DNA of 63,993 nt, the filler included, from Microthyrium microscopicum (lineage: Eukaryota), in NCBI GenBank assembly GCA_010405405.1. It is 4 parts of 4 records of this genome, joined end to end, with 100 filler letters (N's around TTAATTAATTAA, not from the genome) between each part and the next. Parts side by side here need not be neighbours in the genome. Positions count along the whole stretch, not along the records: positions 35,280 to 62,407 come from MU004239.1; positions 62,508 to 63,993 come from MU004241.1; 2 more parts are not named here. One strand, given 5' to 3'. Made by a program: the position numbers and the translations under genes. This document shows positions 54,954 through 63,993 of the stretch, in pieces (positions within the stretch are counted from its first letter, which is position 1; each line of letters opens with the position of its first letter). The notes beneath the pieces were generated by a model. That model had not been told where the DNA came from. It did not search any database and worked only from the letters and a program-made list of their open reading frames with translations.

Positions 54954-57900
54954 ATAGTAGACGTTTATAAGCTAGAGTTAGGTTAGTCTATACGTAAAAT
55001 ATTAGACTACTAAAAGTTTATATTTTTAGTAGAGAGATACCTCTATACCTTTATAACTCCTTTAATACCTACTTAATAAATATACTCTAAAGCTTATATT
55101 ACTTAGGTTAATGTTCTCTATTAAATATATATAATTTTATATAATATAGTACTCTTATTAAATAAATAGATTTAATAGTATAAAGTTAGGACTTAGTAAA
55201 AATTCTATTATTAAAATACTACGTTAAAGAAACTTAGTAAAGTAACTTACTAATAGAATATAACCTCTTTTTTAATTATTAGTAATAATACTTACTAAAT
55301 TAATACTTAATAGTATAATACTACTCTATCCTATAGCTCTATATATTATTTACTTATACTTACTTTATCTAAAGTTAACTCTCTATTTAATTTTAGTAGT
55401 CTTAGCAACTTACTCTAAAAGGCTCTTTAAAAACTATAATCTAGCTTTTTTAATATTCCTCCTAGGCTATAGTTTTTAAGAAGCCTATAGTAATATCTAG
55501 ATTGCTAATATACTATACTATACTATGCTATACTATAATTAAGCTAAAAGTTAATAGTTTTAAATAAATATATTTACTTTATATACTATAGTTGCTAACT
55601 ATTATAATATAAGACTACTAAATAATTAAATTATAAACTTTAGATAGCCCTTTAGTACCTTATTATAAGACTAAAATATAGTAATAATAGGTACTACCTT
55701 AATCTATTATAGTAAATATTAAATAATTTATATATACTAAAAAAGATAGTATAGATAATAATTAAGATATAAAAGATAAAGAAAGAAGTATATTATTATA
55801 GAGTTTACTAATTTCCTTAATTTTAGCTAAATTTTTACCTAATCCTAAATTAAAATATTACTAACTCTATTCTTTAATACTACTACTTTTTCCTACCTAG
55901 TAATTATAAAAATACTATTCTCTTATATTCCTTAATAATAAACTCTATATAAAAGGAAACTACCTATTTTACTATTAATTATACTAGTTAAAGACTTATA
56001 ATAGTAATATACTACTTATAAAATATAGTAAAACTATAATAAATATATATATAACTAGCACTTTAATAAATTAGCTCTTAAAGGAATAAGTAACTTTCTA
56101 AAAGGACTATAAGATATATTAAAGTAAATACGCTTAATAGAGCTTAATATTAATACTAATCTTATTATACTAACTAACTAAAGTAGCCTAGAATATATTC
56201 TAAAAAAACTTAGAAAGTTATTAAGTAATAAGCCTTTCTATTCTATTAATAATACTACTCTATATATACTTTATATCTTCCTATTATATAAACCTTCTTT
56301 AGGTCTACTATGCTTTTAGTATTAATATTACTTAGATATAAACGCCTAAACTTATAAAGCGTTAAGACGTATTAAAATATAAAAGTATAATAATAAAAAT
56401 AAATTTACTAGTTTATATAAGATTAGTAAGTATATTAAAGTAGTTTCTATTACTTAGTATAAAATTACCTTATATTATTCTTACCTAATAATTATTTAGT
56501 AAATTATATTAGCTATAAAATTTTATACGCTCTTACTATTTACTTATTATATAACTTTAGCGCTATATCTTACTAAATATTAATAACTTTTATAGTATAT
56601 CTTTATTCTAAGACTTATATTACCTCTTTAACGTTAATAAAGTTATATATACTAATTATAAAGAAATTTAGCTATTTAATTTTAATATATCCTAATATTT
56701 ACTTATAACTATTAAGATTACTTCTACCTAAAAGTATTATAAAAGTATATAAAATAACCTCTATTTCTACTAATATAAGGCTAAAAAAGAAATAGATAAT
56801 ATATCTATACTTAGCTTATTAAGCTACTTATTTTTTATATCTTTTTACTATAGTAAAAAAATATCTTTTATAAGGATTAACTTAGTAACCTTACTACTAC
56901 TAAAGTTACTAAAATATATAAAATTATCTCTATCTTTACTAATATAAGGCTAAAAAATAAATAGATAATATATCTATACTTAGCTTATTAAGCTACTTAT
57001 TTTCTATATCTTTCTATAATAGTAAAAAAAATATCTTCTATAAGAATTAAATAGGTAACTCTACTATATATAAAATTTAAACTTATAACCTTAACTTTAT
57101 ATAATAGTAGAGTTATGTACTACTATTATACTAACGTAATAAAATTTTAGACTAAACTATAATACTAAAGTTAGAATAAATTTAAAGTTAAGGTTTATAG
57201 TTTTTAAATATATACTACTATATACTACTATTATTAATATTTAGCTATTATTTATCTTAATTCTAGCTCTACTTAAATCTTTCTACCTAAAATTTATTTA
57301 GTAAAAATACGCTAGGATTAAAATAAACCTAAGAAAATTCTTTAAAAAAATTCCTAGTTATTTACTTTAACTCCTAATACTAATATTTAGTATCTACTCT
57401 TAATACTAAAATCTAATATATACTCCTAGTACCTAGCTCTTATTAGCTTTAACTACTNNNNNNNNNNNNNNNNNNNNNNNNNNNNNNNNNNNNNNNNNNN
57501 NNNNNNNNNNNNNNNNNNNNNNNNNNNNNNNNNNNNNNNNNNNNNNNNNNNNNNNNNNNNNNNNNNNNNNNNNNNNNNNNNNNNNNNNNNNNNNNNNNNN
57601 NNNNNNNNNNNNNNNNNNNNNNNNNNNNNNNNNNNNNNNNNNNNNNNNNNNNNNNNNNNNNNNNNNNNNNNNNNNNNNNNNNNNNNNNNNNNNNNNNNNN
57701 NNNNNNNNNNNNNNNNNNNNNNNNNNNNNNNNNNNNNNNNNNNNNNNNNNNNNNNNNNNNNNNNNNNNNNNNNNNNNNNNNNNNNNNNNNNNNNNNNNNN
57801 NNNNNNNNNNNNNNNNNNNNNNNNNNNNNNNNNNNNNNNNNNNNNNNNNNNNNNNNNNNNNNNNNNNNNNNNNNNNNNNNNNNNNNNNNNNNNNNNNNNN

Positions 57901-60900
57901 NNNNNNNNNNNNNNNNNNNNNNNNNNNNNNNNNNNNNNNNNNNNNNNNNNNNNNNNNNNNNNNNNNNNNNNNNNNNNNNNNNNNNNNNNNNNNNNNNNNN
58001 NNNNNNNNNNNNNNNNNNNNNNNNNNNNNNNNNNNNNNNNNNNNNNNNNNNNNNNNNNNNNNNNNNNNNNNNNNNNNNNNNNNNNNNNNNNNNNNNNNNN
58101 NNNNNNNNNNNNNNNNNNNNNNNNNNNNNNNNNNNNNNNNNNNNNNNNNNNNNNNNNNNNNNNNNNNNNNNNNNNNNNNNNNNNNNNNNNNNNNNNNNNN
58201 NNNNNNNNNNNNNNNNNNNNNNNNNNNNNNNNNNNNNNNNNNNNNNNNNNNNNNNNNNNNNNNNNNNNNNNNNNNNNNNNNNNNNNNNNNNNNNNNNNNN
58301 NNNNNNNNNNNNNNNNNTTCTATTTATATCTAGCTATTAATACTTATAATATAGCTATTTAGTTACGCCTTTATAGTAAAACCTAATATAAATATAGCCT
58401 TATTTAGTTATAGTAGCTATATAATTAAAGTTATTACTAATATCCTTAATAATTAGCCTAATCTTATTATAGACTATAATAGTATTAATTATAAAGTTAG
58501 CTATAATAAATGCTATTTATATAGTACTAGAAAATACTTTTATATTTATCTTTATATAAGTAGTTTATAGAAACCTAATATTTAATAAGCTATTACTAAA
58601 TATAATACGTAGACTATTAGCTAGAAATAGTTAAGTAGCTAGCTATAGTTTCTTATTTATATATAAGTCTAAACTAAAATTATATCTTAATTAGTACTAA
58701 TACTATACTAGTACTAAGGTTATTTAGTAAAAACGTAATAACTCTATAGCTTCCTTTAGTAATAAAGCTAAGTATATACTAGACTCTAAGATTGCCTTAA
58801 AATTACTATAAATAATAAAAGTAGTTACTAAATAACTAGCTAGAAGTATAATAGCGTCTAACTTCTAAAGCCTTTAGAATTAAGAGTTTAAAGTACTTTA
58901 TTCTAATAGAGAAGTCTATTAAATAGATTCTTAAGGTATTAGCTTTTAAGTCTTAATAATTAGTACTATCTATATAGATAGTATAAGCCTAATTATAGAT
59001 AAAATATATCTTAAAATCTAAATAATAATAATAATCTAGTACTAAAGTTATAATTTAGATTATAGTTTAGAACCTAAGTAATAAGAATTAACTACTTATT
59101 AATCTATATAGATAATATAAAACTATAACTTAGTATAAGATATATATTAATCTTATACTATAATTCTATTATACTTCCTTAAGATAATAATAAAAGAAGT
59201 ATAAAATATTATTATATTTATTTAAATTAACCCTTAGAAGTATATAAAACCTATAACCTAGTATAATATACTACTTTAAGGTTATACTTTTTATATACCT
59301 CTTTATAGTAATAGTAAAAAAAATATAATATACTAATTTAAGGTTATAACTTTTATATACCTCTTTATAATAATAAGAAAGAATTATAGTATACTAGTCC
59401 TAGGCTATAATTTTTATCTACCTCTTAAGCTTTAGTAATAAAAGAAGCATAATATAGTATTATACTTATAATAAAAAAAAATATTAAGATATATATTATA
59501 TAAGTTATTAATATAAATAAAATTTAAAAACTAGAAATAGAATAATTATATATACTAGAATACTTAAGGCTAAGAAAATCTAGCTTAAAGATACTAGAAC
59601 TTTCTAAACTAGAATTTAGTATTTAATTTTTATATAATAATTATAGATAAGAAAAGTTAGAAAACTAGGCTACTACTTACTTAAGATAAACTAGTTACTT
59701 AATAGTAGTCTTATATTAATACTAATAACTTTAAAAACTTACTATATATTATAATTATAACCTTAATATTTTAATTACTATTTATAATAATATAGTAATA
59801 GTAGAAAATACTTTAACTTAAGTAAGTAACTTCTAGTTCCTAGGTTAGATATAGTAACTAACTAAGTATTACTTTACCTTTACCTAATTCTATATAATAA
59901 ATTAAAATATAAATACTTTATATACTAAATTTCTATCTTTCTCTTTCTATATCTATTAATACTTAATTTATATTTATTATATTTATTATTATAAGCCTTA
60001 TAACTTCTTTACGTAAAGCCTTCTACCTATATAAAATAATAAAAAAGTAAATAGAAGAGTAAATAGAAGAGCTAATAAAAGAGTAAATATAAGCTAAATT
60101 AGATATATACCTTAAAGAATTACTTAGATTTTATAACCTCCTATAATTAATAATCTTACTAAAGCTAATACTAGCTAATATAATAGTATAAGATATTAAA
60201 TTATAAGAAGATTTTAATTTTAATAATATAGACTAGCTATATAACTTTATTTAAACGTTTATAATTCTATATATATATAATTAACCTTTCTAACGTTTTA
60301 TAACTAATAATAATAATAATAATAATAATAGTAATAATATTAATAGTAATAATAATAATAGTAATAAAAGTCTTAAGTACTTAAATACGTTAGATAAGGA
60401 TAACTTAGACTTAGAGGATAATATAAACTTAAAGGATTTAAGTTCTAATAAAGATTAGAGTTATAAATCTTACGACTAATAGTTAATATAATTTAAGTTA
60501 AATTATAGGATAATATCTATACTTTAGATACTAAAGTAAATAGATAAATTTAAATTAAGATTAATAAATTTAATATTTAACTTCTTTATTATATTAACTA
60601 CTAATATAACTCTCTTCTACTAATACTAACTTATAATAATAAGAATATAATAACTTGCTATAGTAATAATTATAATTAAAATATAAATAGATTAAGAATA
60701 TATATAGAAATAATACTAGTATAAGTATAAATAATAATAATATATATAATATTAATAGTATTATTTAATAAATAATACTAGAAAAGTTAACTAGACTAAA
60801 CTACTAGTATACTAAACCCCTAGCTAACCCTAGGCTAACTCTAAGTTAACTCTATATATAGGTAGGCTAATATTTAAATCCTAGGCTAGTATTTAAACCT

Positions 60901-62407
60901 AGGCTAACTATAGGCTAATCCTAAGCTAACTTTAGGCTAACCCTAGACTAACCCTATATATAAGTAAGCTAATATTTAAACCTTAGGCTAGTATTTAAAC
61001 TATATATTAAACTAGGCTAATTTTATACTAACTTTATACTAACCCTATATTAACTTTATACTAACCTAATATTTAGTATTAAGGATAGAATAAGGAGTAA
61101 TATATAGGAATAAGTTAAATTTCTTAGAAATATATATACTACTCTAGTAGTTTATATAAATTATAAAATATTCTAGATAAAGCTTAAGATATATATCTTT
61201 AACTCTATATAAGAAAGCTTTAATAAAGATATAATGCTTTATATAATTACTAACCTCTTTTATAGGCCTAGTTATAAATAGTAATCTAGTTTAATATTAT
61301 TTTAAGATATTAAATAACTAGTCTAATATTTACTAGATAAAGCCTACTAGATTAATATTATTATATTAAGTAAATTACTAGTCTAAACTATAATTTAATA
61401 ATTCTTAAATTTATAGAACTTAGCAAACTCTATAGTTTAATATTAGTACTTAATAGTAGAAGTACTTTAATAAGTAGTTTGCTTTTAGTAGTTAATAAGT
61501 ATAACTAGTTAATATAGATACTTTATTTACTTAATCTAGTTATAAATTTAAGTATAAACTAATTACTAATCTTATAGTTATTAGTAGAAGTAGCGTACTT
61601 AGGAGTAGCTTTAGTACTATTTACTTTATAAAGAGTAGTTCTTATAATAGACGCTATAGTTAAATATTAGTAGAACTCTAATTATTATTAAAGACCTTTA
61701 AACTCTTAAACTACTTAATTAGCTTAATAATAAAATTATTAATAGCTTCTTTACTAAGCTTTATAAAAAGGCTAAGTCTAAACTTACTAAATAGATAAAA
61801 ATAGTAAAAACTCTAATTAAAGATAATATCTTATAATATTATATACTTAATACCTATTAGTTTCCTAAGATATAATAATAAGATAGTATTAAAAAGATTA
61901 CCTACTAGATAAAGCGCTAAAAAATTAGTAGAAAGAATCTTTTTAGCGTTTATAAACTCTTTATTCTAATTTATTAAAGTAGTTACTAAACCTTACTAAT
62001 TATTCTTCCTTAATAACGTTAAGTACGTTAGTATAACTTCTTATTTATTAGCAAAGGACCTATTCTTACTTTAGCTAAAGAAATACTTTAATATAAGTTA
62101 GGTAACGCTTAAAATAAGAGTAAATAAATATTTAAGAAAGTAAAGAGTAGTTATTAATAAAACTCTTTAGATTATAGCACCTTTATTCTTATAAATACTT
62201 AGGCTACCTTCTATATTAATAACCTATCTAATATTTTTTCTAACTAATATAGTAAAGTAATATAATAACTAATTAGTTTAATTATTCTTTATAGTAGCTT
62301 AAAAGGTAACTTTAACTACTTAGAGGCCTAGTATAGTAGCTTTTATCTAGAAACTCTATAAAATATTTCTAACTATTTTTCTTATAGAGTATAATATTAG
62401 TAGAGAG
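54954..62407 (+). mobile_element. Second copy of block B (reverse complement of 28705-21116), abutting block A inside the SNF2 locus
   Basis: Starts TAGTAGACGTTTATAAGCTAGAG, the reverse complement of 28705-28683. Colinear through the 169-bp duplication, the telomere-like array and Ulp1. Confidence 0.92.
61693..62190 (+). pseudogene. Ulp1/C48 SUMO-type cysteine protease domain relic
   Basis: One frame reads DL*TLKLLN*LNNKIIN (DL.TL.P..WLNDEIIN), Y*IKR (RW.KR), LFILIY*SSY*TLL (FIPIH...HW.L, 61981), YNFL (YDSL, 62032) and **NSLDYSTFI (Q.NS.DCG.F, 62161). Confidence 0.88.
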
Positions 62408-62507
62408 NNNNNNNNNNNNNNNNNNNNNNNNNNNNNNNNNNNNNNNNNNNNTTAATTAATTAANNNNNNNNNNNNNNNNNNNNNNNNNNNNNNNNNNNNN
62501 NNNNNNN

Positions 62508-63993
62508 TAAAGAAAGCTTATTTATATTTATACTATATATAAGATAATTACTAAAAAGATAATTACTTAAGCTAGGAATAAATATTTAGTTTATATTAGA
62601 AAGTAGTAAATTATATATTTATACTTATCTTAATTTCTATAAATAAAAATAACTTAATATAGTATCTTTATTATTTATAACTTAAGAAGAGTTATAGTTA
62701 GAAGAATCTACTTTAATATTATTATATTAGCTTATATATATAATAAAATAGAGATAAAATAGAATAAAAAAGATAAATACTAATATATTATATAATATTA
62801 TATTACTTATTAAGCTTTTCTAAGTAATTATATTATTATAACTAGTAAAATAAAAAAAAAAAGGTTTCTAGAATAGTTTAAGACTTATATATCTATTAGT
62901 ATTTATTAGCTTTCTAAATAAATCTAGATAAATAAATAATAGAAATACTTAGCTACTACTAAAAGACTTATCTAAAAGACTTATAAGTCTTATATCTTAA
63001 GTAGCTTTTAAAGCTTTATTAAAAGTAGCATTTAATACTATATAGAAATTATAACTTAGTTAATATTTAATAAGAATTATTCTTTTAGAAATTATTAAGC
63101 TAGTTTTTAAATAATTAAGTAAGCCTAACTTAAAGTTTAAAGCTTAAAGTTTATTAGTACCTTTAGATTTATAAGTACTATTTTACTTAATAATAGTACT
63201 TTTAACTTATATCTACCTAGTTAGATTTAAAAACTCTATTTATTTATTTAGCTAGTAAGTAATTATTATATTAGCTAATATTTAGTTTAGTAAGTATATT
63301 TAGAGTATATTATATTAGTATTAGATATCTACTTTATAAAGTCTATTCTATTTTATTTATTATAGCTTAAAAGGTCTTAAGCTATAAAGTCTTATAATAA
63401 AAATCTACTATTCTTAGTAAAGAAGAATATATAAATTAGAATCTAATAAAAGTAAATTATAGGCTAAGAAAATATATATAGTAATTTACTTAGCTTTACC
63501 TCTTTTTATACCTTAATCTTTATAAGCTTCTATAAGCCTACTTCTTATTTTACTTTTTATAATATTATCTTACTCTACTAAATTTATTATAGTTTTATTA
63601 ACTTAGTATAAGCTTATTTAAAAGATTATATTATATATAAAATATATTATTAAAATTTAAATATTAAAATAAAGTAATAGTAAGAATTTAATAAGTATAA
63701 TATTATAATAAAGATTACTAAGTATATAAGTATTCTAATAGAAATATATAATTAATAAAACTTTAAATAAGTATAGTAAAGAATAAAAAGTAGATTATAT
63801 AGAATAATAAGAAAAAAAGATAATATTTTAAAAGTTATACTATATAATATATAAAAAATATTAATACTAGGATTAATCTTAGTAGTATTTTTTATTACTT
63901 TTTAACTCTTAATTAACGTAGTATATATTAAGTATATATAAAGACTATATTCTTAAAACTTATTTAGCTATTATTATTAGTTCTTATTAAATA
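62508..63993. other. Unassigned, heavily RIP-mutated repeat on a separate contig
   Basis: RIP-type composition with no match elsewhere in the window. Shows only a weak recombinase-like pattern on the plus strand. Confidence 0.4.

Larger units (their letters stand above)
1..63993. other. AT-rich RIP-degraded heterochromatic repeat block (ascomycete AT-isochore type)
   Basis: TA/CTAG/TAG are strongly enriched and CA/TG nearly absent. The ORF track finds only two short ORFs in 64 kb. Repeat copies differ almost only by C/T and G/A transitions, and conserved TE motifs carry TGG>TAG/TAA and CAA>TAA stops. Confidence 0.95.

Noticed and set aside
5200..62407. A giant chromosomal palindrome or inverted duplication
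   Set aside because: Block order is not mirrored (A-B versus A'-B' joined at a different point), and the two halves are separated by artificial linkers, so their relative orientation is unverified. Independent element copies explain it better.
29442..62463. Perfect palindromic TTAATTAATTAA occurring three times
   Set aside because: It is always centred in a 44N-12-44N spacer, so it is an artificial six-frame-stop contig linker and not biology.
1..63993. Alternative genetic code, or an organellar or AT-rich protist/bacterial origin explaining the stop-rich frames
   Set aside because: Stops fall at conserved Trp, Gln and Arg codons, and paralogous copies differ by transitions. This is the signature of RIP on fungal TEs.

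Overview
This is an extremely AT-rich, gene-dead window from a filamentous ascomycete. It has been saturated by repeat-induced point mutation (RIP): TpA is everywhere, CpA/TpG are almost absent, and conserved codons have become stops. No intact protein-coding or RNA gene is supported, and the window is a stack of RIP-degraded mobile DNA. (1) The end of a probable hAT element lies at 1-647. (2) A very large multi-gene repeat spans about 648-28705. It carries relics of a SNF2 helicase, a Ulp1/C48 SUMO protease and several unknown genes, with arrays of one shared ~13-bp motif (ACTACAACCTAGG-like) between them. It recurs in reverse orientation at 35280-54953 and 54954-62407. (3) A CMC/EnSpm(Plavaka)-like transposase relic lies at about 31.4-33.1 kb. 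(4) A full-length 8.8-kb Gypsy chromovirus lies at 40138-48904, with 319-bp LTRs, a GTAAG target-site duplication, the empty site visible in the other copy, and an unexplained 3-kb 3' region that may hold an antisense ORF. Three TTAATTAATTAA linkers inside N runs are artificial contig joins, so order and orientation across them are unverified. All protein calls come from manual translation with mental reversal of C>T/G>A changes; no database search was run.
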